The position numbers were made by a program, and so were the translations under genes. A DNA stretch of 64,000 nucleotides, from NCBI RefSeq assembly GCF_009914755.1, contig NC_060935.1; one strand, written 5' to 3'. Position 1 is the first letter of the stretch; each line of letters begins with the position of its first letter. The notes under the pieces were generated by a model that worked only from the letters and a program-made list of their open reading frames with translations, was not told the DNA's origin and made no database searches. Origin of the DNA: the human T2T-CHM13v2.0 reference genome, Homo sapiens. Positions 48,408 through 63,920 of this stretch are shown piece by piece.

Positions 48408-50799
48408 CTATTGTTGCCATTGACCTGAAACTGGGTTTATTAATTTCCTATAGGAATGTAGCTTGCAAATGTTAAGGCATAACATAATTTGGGGGAACTC
48501 TTACTGCCTTTCACAAAGAACATTGAGCTATTTTGGCATCTGTGACTAACATGTCTCTACTGGCTCAGTAAAATTTCTTTCCATGAGGAATTCGTGGACA
48601 AGGTTGAGATAATAACACATTCTGCACCTTGCTGTAATTTGGTAGCTAAAAATGACAAGTCCACAAATTCATTGCAGGGGTATAGTGCAAAGAAATTTCC
48701 AAGGGTAAGTCAGTACAGACACTACCCAACTGTATATGCAAAAAGGAGCACAGGAATTGGAATCAATTATTCAGTTCATTGATTCCCCAACTACTAGCTT
48801 TAATGTATGTGTTATTTAACTTCTATAAGCTGTAGTTTTCACATTTGTAAAACTGAGGTAATGATAATATTCATATCACAAGTAGCCCTGAGATTCAAAT
48901 GAGATTATTTACATGAAAGATATTTGAAAAGCTGGATATATATGGGCACTATTTTGGGGTACTTAGAATTTCCTCTTTGACTTATTCTTCCAAAACAGAG
49001 TCAAATCTCAGCCAGAGAAGCTACCGATGTTGGAGTAATTATTTCTATTTTTTTTCAAGTTGACTTCACCAACCAAGAAAATAAACTCTATGAAAAGATA
49101 AAATAGAAAATAGTTTGTTCACATTTTTATATTATTTGTCATTCATAACATTTTCTCTGTTTTGTCACTTGACAGGTGCCAGAGTAGAGCTCTCTAAAAT
49201 TCCCTCGTAGGTTTTTTGGAAATTGTCTCTCTTATTCCCAATCTCTGTAGGATATATAAGTGAAAGATTGAGAGTATTTTATATTTGTTTATCTTTTAAA
49301 TATGAAGGTGTTCAAGTCTCTGATTTTGATTATCGGAAATCAAAACAAACAATTTGATCTCTAATTCTGAGGTGTCTCTAGTCTATTTGAAGAGACAATA
49401 TATACATTATTTAAAATTGTTACTATAATAAAACTGTTTACAACTGTTTATATTAATCTGGTATGTATTACAAAGAATCTTGGTTCAACCTGGGCCTTTA
49501 CATTATTTCTAAGCACATATCACAATGTATTCCGACAAATTCCTTGTGCTTTTTCTTTAGCTGTTTTTTTTTTTTTCTTAATAATATTAGGGGCTTTTCT
49601 AGATGCAACATCTGTCAGGTCAGTATAGTAGTGAGTAATGAAATACCAGCCTGGCTGAAAACGCTCTTAAAATGTCGGTCCATTCTACTTCCTAAGACAC
49701 CTAAGAACACCTGATATAGGATGAGAGCAGGCAGCAGGCAGGTTTCTACAGAACAATGAAGTTTAGGAAGGAGGGAGATGCGTGATGCTAGGGTGGTACC
49801 TAATGGTTGCAGCAAAAGAGATACTTTTGCATTGAGAGTGCACCATATTCTTGGTTAGCAGCAACTATTTACCACATGCAACATGATTATAGAAATACTA
49901 GTTACTACTCAGGAAGTATTCACTTTGCACCAGATCTGTACTAGGTGCTTTTATACCTGCTATCAAAATTAATCCTTGCCACCAACTGATAAGTGGACAT
50001 TATTTACTTCCTCTCTTATCATTGAAGCCCAAAAAATATAAATAACTTGACAAGGATTATACTTCCAGTATGTAACACAGAATTTAAGCCAAGTTCTACT
50101 CAGTTCAAAAATCTTTTTTACAGCAGTATCTTCAAAGTGGCATAGATACACTACTGCAGGTTCACAAAAACTTTCTAAGGGGTACATGGTGCAGAGAGTT
50201 TTAAGAAAATTTATTTTTAGCTCATCCTTCCAAGCATACTTTTCCAAATGAATCTGATTGAGAAGACTCCTGAAGATTCTCCTTCACCAACTCTCCTTTC
50301 AAAATCTCCCTTCTCTGATGTTTCAGAAGAGCCTATCTTCCACCTATCCTGAATTCATTCTCAATACAGTCTGCTCCCAGAATGGGAAAAACTTCCAGAG
50401 TGTTTAACAAGTGGGGAATCCGAAACATTGGTGCTAGTGTTGCCAACATGTATAACTTTAATTACTAGGCAACAAACTTCTTACAAGTTGGGTAGTTTAT
50501 AAATAAATTCATCATTTGTGAAATTGCTTTTATCAAATAATTCTTGCTTGAGTTGTCAGTTGATGGATCAAATTGTAAAAACTATTTTTTTTTTTGCTGG
50601 ATTGTATCATTATTAGCATATTTAGCTCAAATGAGTTCAAAAAGATAAGTAAAATTTAAATAAAAATTTCTTTACCCTTATCTAGTTATTTATGGGAACA
50701 AAGCTTCTTGGCAGTTATTTATTTTTTTAAAATTTAGAATATAATTGATATACCTATTTTTGTTACAGAGAATTTTGGTAGGCTACTTATTCTTTTCCC

Positions 50800-51142
50800 T
50801 TTTTAAAATTTATAAATAAAAATTGTATATATTTATGGTGCATCACATGATGCTTTGATGTATGTATACATTGGGAAATGGCTAAATCAAGCTACTTAAA
50901 ATATCTGTTACCTCACATACTTATTTGAGTAGTAAGAACATTTAAAATCTACTCTCTTAGCAATTTTCAAGTATACCATACATTATTATTAACTATAATC
51001 ACCATGTTGTATCATAGATCTCCTGAACTTATTCCTCCTATCTAACAAAAAATTTGTATCCTTAGACATAGATCTCCTGAACTTATTCCTCCTATCTAAC
51101 AAAAAATTTGTATCCTTAGACTAACATCTCCTTAATCCTCAC
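50800..51142 (-). mobile_element. L1MA 3' end containing a 54-bp tandem duplication
   Basis: aattgtatatatttatgg...aaaatctactctcttagcaattttcaagtata; 51013-51066 = 51067-51120. Confidence 0.85.
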
Positions 51143-51419
51143 TAATATTTTTCAAATATTTTAAGCATAACATATATAACATTTAGATATAATTGTGTAG
51201 AAAAATAGTATACAAATACAAGTTCAAGTATAAAAAGGTAACTCCAGAAAGTTACAGACTATCAAAGAAGAGTTTAAGTTGTTTTTGATATGGATGATGG
51301 AATCAAATAATTATGGTGGATACATTTTTTGAAAGTAATATTATATGTTCATTTTTAAATTGACACTATTTGCAATATCCTTTTATTATATCCTCTGAAA
51401 CTATTTATGATTATGATTA

Positions 51420-51665
51420 AAACAATTTGATAGTACAGTAGGAAAATTATAGTTAACAACAATTTATTCTATTGTATATTTTTAAATAGCTAGAATAGAA
51501 GATTTGTAAGATTCCCAACACAAAGAAAAGATAAATGATCGAGGTGATTGATATTCCAATTACTCTGATTTGATCATTACACCTTGTACATTATAGGCAT
51601 CAAAATATCACATGTACCCCAAAGATATGTACAATTGTTACATACCAATGAAAAATATAAAACTT
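51420..51665 (+). mobile_element. L1MA 3' end
   Basis: atagttaacaacaattta...caaaatatcacatgtacccc motif. Confidence 0.8.
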
Positions 51666-53473
51666 TAAAAATTCTTTTAAATTAAAAAAATCAGTTTGGG
51701 ACCTACTTTAAAAAGTGTGAGAGTATACACTTTAAAAAGTGTGAGAGTTTTAAATTTTTCATTTGGTGCTACTCAGAGATAAAATCTTGAAAACAACTTC
51801 TATGAAGAACATTGTCCTCAGTGACATGATTTATTGCTACATAGCAAAGGAAGTAAACCATTGTATTTAGGAGCATAAGTTCTACACTAAAACAGGCATC
51901 TGCTCTAACCTTAATGTCTAATTTGTTATTTTACCTTAGACAAGTTCTTTGTCCCCTCTAAGCCCTTTCTTTCCATTTCTATAATAATGTAGGTACTTAA
52001 TTGGTCAGATCCTTCTAAATGTCACATAAAATTATGTCAAGATCTAGAAAAATTTCTACACAGATTAAGTGTCATGTATGTATATTCACAGAAGTTGTCA
52101 TAGACAAAACTGTGTAAAGGAGAGGGATGTGCATGTTCTTAGGCTAATCTCCCAGAGGGATCAGGGATTGGTATGGTCTCCCAGAATGAATAAAATAAGT
52201 TCAAAAGGAGGTAAAAGGAGGAAAAAACATCACTACCCGAAGGGGCAGAAACACTGTCAGTCACAATAGTGGGAGAGCACAAGGCATGTGATGCAAAAAT
52301 TAAGAACTGCACCTTTAATAAGGAAGATATTGCCAATAAAATAGTTCTACTTGTATGAAATAAAGCTAGAACTTCCCTGCCTAAATCCTGTCTTTTTTCA
52401 CTGTTTCTGTTGTAACTCTGGTTTACATTATGATCTTATTCACAATTTCTGCTTGCTTGATATTTCTTAATTCTGAAATTTAATAATATGCCCTTCGTCG
52501 TGTTCCCCCAACTTGGTTCCTGCTTACAATTCAATTTTGTTATCCAAACTTCTTTTTCTGGTCCTAACTCTCAGTTTTGCCTGAGTGGGCACTAAAAAGT
52601 TATCTTCCTCTTCCTCTTCTTAATGGGCACATGGGAGAGAACACAAAATTCTAAGAGCTCATATCTTAGCGTCTAATTGATACGGATTAAAATCCCAACT
52701 CTACCTGGGTAGCTTGGTAAACTCAGAACTTCTCTGAACCTCAGTTTTCTTTGAATAGGGATAATAATTTCTAACCAACAGAGTTACTGTAAAGATAGAA
52801 GAACATATGTCACAATAAACATTTAGCATACTCAACATTTAGAAAATAATTGCTCTTATTAAAATTTTTCCCATTATTACTGTTGCTGATGCAATAAATG
52901 GAAATATTTATTGGAGTTCTGAATATTTTTGAAATGAATGTTTTGTAAAATCAGACACATTATGAACTGATATGAAAGATGTTCCTGTGAAAGAGGAATT
53001 GAAATGTGAAGAGTCACAAATTTTACGCTTTCTCTGGAACCAGAAACCAAACTTAAAGTGTTCTCCAGAACTGGAAAGCAAGGGGACACATAACAGGCTG
53101 AAAAGATCTGCTATGAGTGTTGTTACAGACTGAAGTGAAAGTGACTGCTGGTTATTATAAAATGTTCCTATGACTTGTCCATATTGAAACAGAAATTATA
53201 GGCAGAATGAACAGGAGGGAACACAAATTGGCTCAACCTCTTTTACCTGGTTAAGCTCTCCATTGTACCCAAATTTGGGCCATTTAATTCCACAAATATT
53301 TATTGAATACACACTGGGTATCCAGAATGTAAAGAGTCTCAATACGGAATGAATTTTATTTTTGATTTTATATTTTGAAACAGTCTTCAAGTTATAGTTA
53401 TAAATCAAATGGGATAATCACATAGGTTTTCAGTCATTAAAGTAAACATATTTTTTTCATTTTTTTTTAATGA

Positions 53474-53644
<171 letters not shown>

Positions 53645-53739
53645 TAAATAACGTGCTCATTGGATTTAAATAGAGGGTGCCTATCAAATGTGATTTAAGT
53701 TATTAAATAAAAGCTAAGAAGTTATGGTAGTCTATTGTC

Positions 53740-54207
53740 TGTGATCAGGTTGTCACCAAAACAGACCTTAGGCTAAGAATTTGCATGCAAATGTATAATA
53801 AAGAAAGTGTTTATAAAGATAAATTAAAAGAAGGTGGATTAGGCAGGATACAAAAGAAAGAAAAGTAAAATAAGTGTACAATGTCAGTTGAAATCCAAGA
53901 CTCCACTAGATCCTGGTAGAAGGTAAAGTATACCCTAGTTTGTCCTACCTTAAGAAAAAGACAGATGAGTCTTTGTACTTCCATGCTAAATAGCCATTGG
54001 CTACAGGATGCCCTGAGGTAGGGGATGTAAAACTCCCAGGAGCTTGAGTCCAGATAGGCTTTGTGGCCCCAGTACCCAAGGGCAGCCTTCTAAAGGCTTC
54101 AGGAGAAAGTTGTTAAGAGCAAAGAATGAAAAAGCAGGAGGATGGACACACAGAACTGCTATAGGAATTTAAGGCCATGTGGGCCTGGCACTAACCTACT
54201 ACATCTG
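53740..54207 (-). mobile_element. Old MLT1 (I/J-like) LTR
   Basis: cagaccttaggctaagaatttgcatgcaa motif; degenerate. Confidence 0.5.
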
Positions 54208-56330
54208 TCATCAATACATCTTTCCTTCTGGAAATTGTATTGTTATTTCTTCTCTTTTTGAACCTAACACACTTTCATATAAGGAAGTACAAACTGATCT
54301 CTTCCACTGGCCTGAATAGTATATGATTAATTCTCCAGACAGAGTGCACTATGGCCCAACTGTCCTATTTAATGTGATTTAATTCTCTTGGAGCTTTTAT
54401 TTCCCTTATTAGCCTTCTTCCATTACATTTGTAATGTCTTAGATATATTAGGTTTTAGACTTAATTGTAGGTGATGATAGCAGAAAAGAAAGTATTCAGA
54501 GGAAGGTCAGCTGTCTACTCTTGAAATTTTCAAGAAGAAAGGAGAAAATAAAGCATCAAATCATGACTGACAAATGCTATGGAGTGTTCTTTGTCCCCTC
54601 TACAGTAATTTTCTCACCACAGTTAATGAATAAAGGGCACAGATTTATACCTGCCATTAAGATAATACTATCATCCTCTTGGGTAAAAATAAGAGGAGTT
54701 ATTTTTCGTGTTTTAAAGATAAGGAAACTGAAACTGAGAATTAAAGATTTTACTTAATTTACCAAAATCTTCTCTTCATTCATGTCCACAGGAACATGGA
54801 CATAAAATCAAATAAGAAAGTGACCATTATCCAGGAAAATCATTAGGCAGATTTTTATTGGCTTCATGGCAACTCTCATATAATGAGAATTAAGTAACAG
54901 TCTGTGTTAAGTTTTATTCAGAAATCAGTGTATAAGAACATGTATGAACACCAAAGTGTTGGTGTCAATACCAACATCACAACCACCTATACCCATACAT
55001 AAGAGAGAAAAGCATAGTGCTGGAATAAAATGTTATCAGAAAAGATAAATTGAACGCTTTTTAAAGAATCATTTTTATATCACTTTTTGGTGTAAATTTT
55101 TTGCCATTTTTAATATCTAGAACTACCCAGTGAACTCTAAAGATTTAAGTATGACCACTCTTGCCACCTCCATTCAATATAGTATTAAAAGGTCTACACA
55201 ATTAGCAATTAGGCAAAAAAAAAGAAAAAGAAAAACTATCAAAATATGAAAGGAAGAGGATATTGTTTCTGTTTACTGATGATCTGCCCTTATACACAGA
55301 AAAGCCTGAGAATTCACTGGAAAACTGTTAAAACTGATAAATTAAGTAAACTTGCAAGATACAAATGCAACATACAAAAAATTAGTAGTGTTTCTGTACA
55401 CTAACAATGAACTATCTCAAAAAGAAACTAAGAAAACAACCCCATGTACGACAGCATCAAAAAATAAAATACTTAGGAGTAAGTTTATCCAAGAAAATGA
55501 AAGATGTGTACACTGAAACTATACAATATTGATAAAAGTAACTGTAGAACACAAAAATAAATAAAAAGATATCCTGTATTCATAGATTAGAAAAATTAAT
55601 GTCGTTAAAATTACTATACTACCCAAAGAAATCTACATATTCAATGTAATCCTATCAAAATACCAAGACATTCTTCACAAAAATAGAAAAACAGTCTTCA
55701 AATTCATACGGAACTACAAAAGAACCTGAATAGCCAAAACAATTTTGAGCAAAAAGAACAAAGCATCATATTTCCTGATTTCAAAATATACTACAAAACT
55801 ATAGTAATTATAATGGCATGGTAATGGCATAAAAGAAGATTTATTGTTCATTGAAACAGAATTGAGAGCCCATAAGTCAATCCAATAATTTACATTCAAT
55901 TAACTTTTGACAAAGATGCCAAAAACAATGGGGAAAGGACAGTGTCTGCAATTAGTCGTTTGGGGACAATTGGATATCCACATTCAGCAGAATGAAATTG
56001 GACCCATATCTAACACCATATCCAAAACCAATTCAAAATGAATTGAAGACTTAAATATAGGGATTAGAAATTGTGAAACTGCTAGAAGAAAGCATATGGT
56101 AAAAGTTCCAAGACTTTGGTCTGGGCAATGATTTTTTTGGAGAGGAGCCCCAAAGCAAAGGTAACAAACACAAAAATAGACAAATAGGATTACTTCAAAC
56201 TAAAAATCTCCAAGCGACCAAGAAAACAATTAACATGATAGACAGACAACTTACACAATAGGAGAATATATTTGCAAACTATACCTCTGATAAGGGGTTA
56301 ATATTCAAACTATATTAAAAAGTCGATTCA

Positions 56331-56915
<585 letters not shown>

Positions 56916-57356
56916 TTAAAAAATTAAAAATAAAACTATCATATGATTCAGCAGTTCCACTCCTGGGCATGTATCGAAAGGGAAATATATCTGAACTTCC
57001 AAGTTCATTGCAACATTATTCATATAAGGCAAGATACAAAACCAACCCAAATATTGATAACGATGGATAGATTAAGAAAATGTGGTATATATACACAATG
57101 GAACACTATTCTGCCATAAAAAAGGAAAACCCTCTCATTTGCAACAACACGGATGAACCTGGAGTTTAGTATGTGAAATAAAATGAGTCAGACACACAAA
57201 GACAGAAACTGCATGGTCTCACTTATTTGTGGAGTCAAAAGAAAATTTAAACTCCTAGAATTAGAGAGTAGAGGATGGTTACTGGGGGCTGGAGCTGGGG
57301 TGGGTTGGAGGGAAGTTGGACAAATGATACAAAATTTCAGTTAAGTATAAGAAGTA

Positions 57357-57801
<445 letters not shown>

Positions 57802-57835
57802 TTAGTTTGAATTAGTCATTCACAATGTATGTATA

Positions 57836-60696
57836 CAGGCACACATCAAAATACTGTGGGCTTAGTTCCAGGCCACTACAATAAAGTGAATATCTCAATA
57901 GAGACACAAAGTTTTGGGTTTCCCAGTGCATCTAAAAGTTACGTTTATGGAATCAACCCAGGTGCTCATCAATGGTGTATTGGACAAAGAAAATGTGGTA
58001 CATTTACACCATGGAATACTATAAGAAAGAACAAAATGATGTCCTTCGCAGCATCGTGGATGTAGCTGTAGGCCATAATCTGAAGTAAATTAACACAGGA
58101 ACAGAAAACCAAGCACTGCATGTTTTCTCTTATAAGTGGGAGGTAAACATTGGCTACATATGAACATAAAGATGGGAGCCATAGATATTGGGAACTACTA
58201 GAGTGAAGAGAGAAGGAGGGGCATAACAGCTGAAAAACTACCTAATGTATAAGGTATACTATGTTCATAACCTCGATGATGGGTTCAATCATACCCAAAC
58301 TTCAGCATCATGCAATATACCTTTGTAGCTAACCTACACATGTCCCCCGATTCTAAAATAAAAGTTGAAAAAAAAAATTAAAATTAAAATTATGTTTATA
58401 CTTTAATGTAGATTATTAAGTGTACAATCTCATTATGCCTAAAAAGCAATTTATATACCTTAATTTAAAAATACTTTACTGCTAGAAAATGCTAACAATC
58501 GTCTGAGCCTTCATCAAGTCAAAGTTTTGCTGGGGGAGGGTCTTGCCTTGATTTTGATGGCTGCTGAATGATGAGGGTGATGGCTGCTGAAAGCTGGGGT
58601 GGCTGGAGCAATTTTTTAAAATAAGACAAAAAGGAAATTTGTTGCATCAGTTGATACTTTCTTTCACAAAAGATTTCTCTGTAGCATACTATGCTGTATG
58701 ATAGCATTTTACCTATAGTAAAACTTCTTACAAAATTGGACTCAATCTTCTGAAAGCCTGCTGCTGCTTTATCAACTAGGTTTATCTGATATACTAAATA
58801 CTTTGTTACAATATCAAAACATTCACAGTATCTTCACCAGGAGTAGATTCCATCTCAAGAAACTACTTTCTTTTTTTAACCATAAAAATCAAATCCTCAT
58901 GTGTTCAAGTTTTATCATGAGATTGCCACAATTCACTCATACCTTTAGGCTGCACTTGTAATTCTAGTTCTCTTGCTATTTCCATGATATCTGCAGTTAT
59001 CTCCACCACTGATACCCTGATCCCCTCAAAGTCATCTATTAGGATTGGAATCAACTTCTTCCATACTCCTATTAACGTTAATATTTTGTTCTCCTTCCAT
59101 GAATCAGAAATGTTCTTAATGGCATCTAGAATGGCGACTCCTTTCCAAAAGGTTTTCAATTTATTATGCCCAGATCCATCAGAGGAATCACTATCTATGG
59201 AATATATAGCCTTACAAAATATACTTCTTAAATAAGATTTGAAAGTCCAGATTACTCTCTGATCCATGGGCTGCAACATAGATACGTGTTAGCAGGCATG
59301 AAAACAGTATTCATCTCCTAGTATATCTTCCTCAGAGATTTTGGGTGACCAGGTATATTATAAATGAGCAGTAATATTTTGAATGGAATTGTTTTTCCAG
59401 GGAGTTGGTCTCAGCAATGGGCTTAAAGTATTCAGTAAACCATGCTGTAAACGGATATGCTATCATGCAGGCTTTGTTGTTTCATTTAAACAACAAAGGC
59501 AGAGTAGATTTAGAGTATTTCATAATGGGAGTTTCAGACCAGTAAATGAGCACTGGCTTCTACTTAAAGTTACCAGCTGCATTAGCCCCTAGCAAGAGTA
59601 TCAGACTATCCTTTGAAGCTTAATCCTTTATTATCCTTTGAGCATTAATTTCTCCTTAGTAGCTGTGAAAGTTCTAGATGGCATATTCTTCTAATAGAAG
59701 GCTGTTTTATCTACACTGAAAATCTATTGTTTAGTATAGCCAACTTCATCTAATATCTAAATCTTCTGGATAACTTGCTGCAGCTTTCCATTGCACTTGT
59801 TGCTTCACTTTGCAGTTTTATGTTATGAAGACTTCTCTTTCCTTAAATCTTGTAAACCAAGCTTTGCCACCTCAAACATTGTTTCTGCAGCTTCCTCACC
59901 TCTTTGACCCTCCATAGGATTAAGAGAGTCAGAGCCTTGCTCTCAATTAGGCTTTAGTTTAAGGAAATGTTGTTGCTGGTTTGATTTTCTATCCAGACCA
60001 CTAAAATTTTCTTCATATCAGCAGTAAGACTGTTTTTCTTTCTTATTGTGTGTGTTTACTGGAGTAGCACTTTGCATTTCCTTCAAGAACTTTTCTTTTG
60101 CAATTGCAACTTGACTAACTTTTGCACAAGAGGCCTAGCTTTCAGCCTACGTGAGCTTTCAACATGCCTTCCTCACTAAGCTCAATCATCCCTAGTTTTT
60201 TATTTAAAGTGAGAGACATGCAACTCTTTCTTTCATTTGAACACTTAGAGGCCATTTTAGGGTTATTAATTGGCCCAATCTCAATATTTTTGTGTCTTGG
60301 GGAATAGGGAGGCCCAAGGAGAGGGAGAGATTCAGGGGAGTGGCTGGTCAGTGGGGCAGTTAGAACACATGCATTTATTAATTAAAGTCACCTTTTTAAC
60401 ATTGGCACTGTTTGTGGTGTCCCAAAACAATTACCATGGTCACGTCAAAGATTTCTGGTCACAGATCAGCATAACATATACAATAATAATTTAAAACTTT
60501 GTAATATTGCAAGAATTACCAAAATGTGACAGACATAAAGTGAACACATGTTGGAAAAATGGGAGTAACACACTTGCCAAACACCAGGAGTAGATTCCAT
60601 CTCAAGGTTGCCAGAAACCTTCAATTTGTAAAAAAAAAAAAAATGCAGTATCTGTGAAGCACAATAAAGCAAACCACAATAAAATGATAACACTTA
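57836..60696 (-). mobile_element. Tigger1, near full length, with decayed pogo-family transposase
   Basis: Terminal caggcacac... and ...cacaataaaatgataacactta, with TA at the left end. Minus-strand ORF 58905-59279 LQPMDQRVIWTFKSYL...DSDSSDGSG...WKKLIP is the Tigger1 DDE-domain segment. Confidence 0.93.
57949..58386 (+). mobile_element. 5'-truncated L1 (PB/old PA) 3' end nested in Tigger1
   Basis: L1 3' UTR ending aaaataaaagttgaaaaaaa; approximate TSD aaa(g/a)tta(c/t)gtttat; Tigger1 resumes collinearly. Confidence 0.85.
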
Positions 60697-60714
60697 TATT
60701 TCCAAACATAAATA

Positions 60715-61640
60715 GCTTATAAGCAGATGAAAAAATGCTCAATATCACTAATAACCTGTGAAATATTAACTGAAACCACAATGGGATATCACCTCTGACT
60801 TGTTCAAATACCTCTTATCAAAAAGATAAAAGACAAATGTTGGAGAGGGTGTGGAGAACACGGAACACATGCACATTTTTGGGTGGGAATGTAAATTAGT
60901 CCATGGAAAATAGCATGGAGCTTCCTCAGTAAACTAAAGATAGAATCATCATATGATCCACTCATTCCACTTCTGACTATATATCAAAAGGAAGTGAAAT
61001 CAGTATGTCAAAGAGTTATTTGTACTTCCATGTTTGTTGTAACATAATTCACAATAGGCAAGATATACAATCAAACTAAGTGTCCATAATTGGGCAAATG
61101 GGTAAAGAAAATACAGTATATGTACACAATGAAATACTATTTACCATTTAAAAAGAAATTCTGTCATCTATCATAATATAGACAAACCTGGAGGACATTA
61201 CATTAAGTGAAATAAGCCATGCACAGAAAGACAAGTAACCACATAATCTCTTTAGATGCAGAATCTAAAAAACTTTGAACTCGTAGGAGTAGGAAATAGA
61301 ATCGTAGTATCACAAGGTGATGTGCAGGAGTGGAAGGGGATGAATAGGGTCAATGAAAATGTTAGTTGAAGGGTACAAAGTTTTAGTTAGACATGAGAAG
61401 TAAGTTCTACTGGTCTTCTGCACAGCATGATGATTATAGTAAATAATGATATATTGTATCTTTTAAGATTGCTGAGAGTAGATTTTAAATGCTCTTACCA
61501 CAATAAAATGATAAATATGTGAGGTGATTGCCATTTTAGCTTGATTTAATCACTCCACAATATATACATATATCAGCATCACATTATGCCCCATACATAC
61601 CTGTAATTATTATTTGTCAATTAAAAATAAAATTTTTAAA
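60715..61640 (+). mobile_element. L1MA 3' portion
   Basis: atgaaaaaatgctcaatatcacta...tttgtcaattaaaaataaaa. Confidence 0.85.
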
Positions 61641-61672
61641 AGTGTCAATTTGTCTAGATGCCTTGATGTTTC

Positions 61673-61852
61673 CCACTTGTTTTTATAAATAAGGTTTTAT
61701 TGGAACACAGCCATGATATTCATTTACATATTGTCAATGGATGCTTTCGGGCTACAATGTCAGAGTCGAGTAGCTGTGACCAAGACCACGTTGTTTGCAA
61801 TGCGGAAAATATTTAATAGCTAGCCGTTTGCAGAAAAAGTTTGGGGATCCCT
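61673..61852 (-). mobile_element. MER58A-like hAT MITE
   Basis: aaataaggttttattggaacacagcca...gaaaaagtttggggatccctg. Confidence 0.8.
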
Positions 61853-61871
61853 GCCAAACCACAAAATTCCA

Positions 61872-61911
61872 TACACACTCACACACACATACACACACAC
61901 ACACACACACA
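61872..61911 (+). repeat. Imperfect (CA)n microsatellite
   Basis: About 20 units with interruptions. Confidence 0.9.
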
Positions 61912-62619
61912 CCAGACAAGAGAAAGAGGTTTTTTCTGTAGCCCACCTATATTTAAAGAAAGTACTATCATTAAATTCAATGTCTGTAGGCATGTTTGTT
62001 TAGTAGAGAGAATGTCATTCTGTAGATATATAGCTGTGAAAAGCCACTCTGCAACCTTTGAAAATTAGAATTTTCTGCTCCCTTAGAATTCTCTATTAAT
62101 TCTATTTTACTATTAGACATTTGCATAATTATTAAAATAACTCAAAAATATTAAGCAAAGATCAAGGTAATTTCTGAGCCTTTGTAACAAAGCTGATGAA
62201 GATTCTGATGATTCAATTATCATTATACAGAAAGCTAGAGAACTGTGGGTTACCACAGAATATTGTGTGGCATCTGAGCCATCCTCTCAAGTTGCTACCT
62301 ATGAAGACTCATTTTTCCGATCAGACAGGTCTATTGACTGCCATTCAATTATGCACAAATATATTTATTGGCAAACTATGTACTGAGTGTATTTTCTTAA
62401 ACATTCCACATTTATTCCTATTTCTGGGCTCTGATTAGACCATTCCTCAAATCTGTAGCCTACTTTTCTTGACCTATCTAGTTTGTACACAAACTTCAAG
62501 ACTAGTTTCAGTTTTGACCTCCTCCATAAACTATGCCCAGGTCATGTCTGTCTATAACTATCACTCCAAAATCTAATTATGAATACCATTTCCCAACTTG
62601 GCATTCAGTGACCTCAGGT

Positions 62620-62737
62620 CGGTATCCTGAAATCAGCCATGGTGAGAGTATTTACACCATGAAATTGGCAAATGGTACACGTCAGGGCTTTTATTCCAAA
62701 AGACCTAGTTGTTAAAATAATGGCCAACACACCACTG
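62620..62737. mobile_element. MER63-like hAT fragment
   Basis: aatcagccatggtgagagtatttacaccatgaaattggcaaa...cacaccactg. Confidence 0.55.
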
Positions 62738-62819
62738 CTCTAATCTATTAACTCACAGCACATTCTTTCTATGTCCCTTATTTTGGACACATCAATTATC
62801 TTTTTATTTTTATCTCCTC

Positions 62820-63920
62820 ATCTGTTAACTGTTTTCTTGGCTGCAGGAAGCTTTTTTGTTTAATGTAATCCTGTTTGTATATTTTTTATTTTCGTTGCCT
62901 GTGCTTTGAGGATCATTTCCAAAAATATTGCCCAGACCCATGTCATGGAGCGTTCCCCCCATTTTCTTCTAGCAGTTTCACAGTTTCAGGTCTTACACTT
63001 AAGTCTTTAACCCATTTTGATTTGATTTTTATATATGGTGTGAGATAAGTGTCTAATTTCATTATTCTGAATGTGACTATCCAGTGGTCTCATCACAATA
63101 TATTGATGAGCCTATCCATTGTGTATTTGTGGCATCTTTGTTGAAAATCAATCATAAATGCTTGACTTTATTTCTGGGATGTCTATTCTTTTCCATTGGT
63201 CAATATGTCTGTTTCTATGCCAGTACTATTCTGTGATAATTACTACAGCTTTGTAGTATATTTTGCAGTCAGATACTGTGATTCTCCTGCTTTGTTTTTA
63301 TTACTCAAGATTGCTTTGGCTATTCAGGATCATTTGTGGTTGCATAAATATTTTAGAATTGTTTCATTTCTGTGAAAAACATCATTAGAATTTTGGTAGG
63401 GATTGCATTGAAACTGCAGATTGCTTTAGGTAGTATCAACATTTTAATAATATTCTTTCTTCCAAATTTTGTATTTTATTATTTTTATTTATTTATTTAT
63501 TTATTTTTGAGACAGAGTCTCACTCTGTCACCCAGACTGGAGTGCAGTGACGTGATCTTGGCTCACTCCCACCTCCACCTCCCAGGTTCAAGCGAGTCTT
63601 GTGCCTCAGCCTCCTGAGTTGCTGGGATTACAGGCACACACCACCATATCTGGCTAATTTTTGTATTTTTAGTAGAAATGGGGTTTCACCATGTTGGCCA
63701 GGCTGGTCTCGAACTCCTGACCTCAAGTGATCCACTCGTCTCAGACTTCAGATTGCTGGGATTACAGTCTTGAGCCACTGCTCCCAGCCAATTCTTCCAA
63801 TTTTTGAAGAAGAGATATATTTCAGTTTATTTGTATCTCCTTAAATTCCTTTCATCAATATTTTATAGTTTTCAGTGTATAGCTATTTTACTTCCTTGTT
63901 TAAATTTATTCCTAAGAATT
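62820..63920 (-). mobile_element. L1M ORF2 fragment interrupted by an Alu
   Basis: ttgcccagacccatgtcatggagcg...tttcaggtcttacacttaagtctttaa antisense ORF2 motifs. Confidence 0.85.
63466..63789 (-). mobile_element. AluS with (TTTA)n tail
   Basis: Antisense full dimer. Confidence 0.92.

Noticed and set aside
58905-59279. Domesticated TIGD-like transposase gene
   Set aside because: Only a 124-aa open fragment of a decayed Tigger1.
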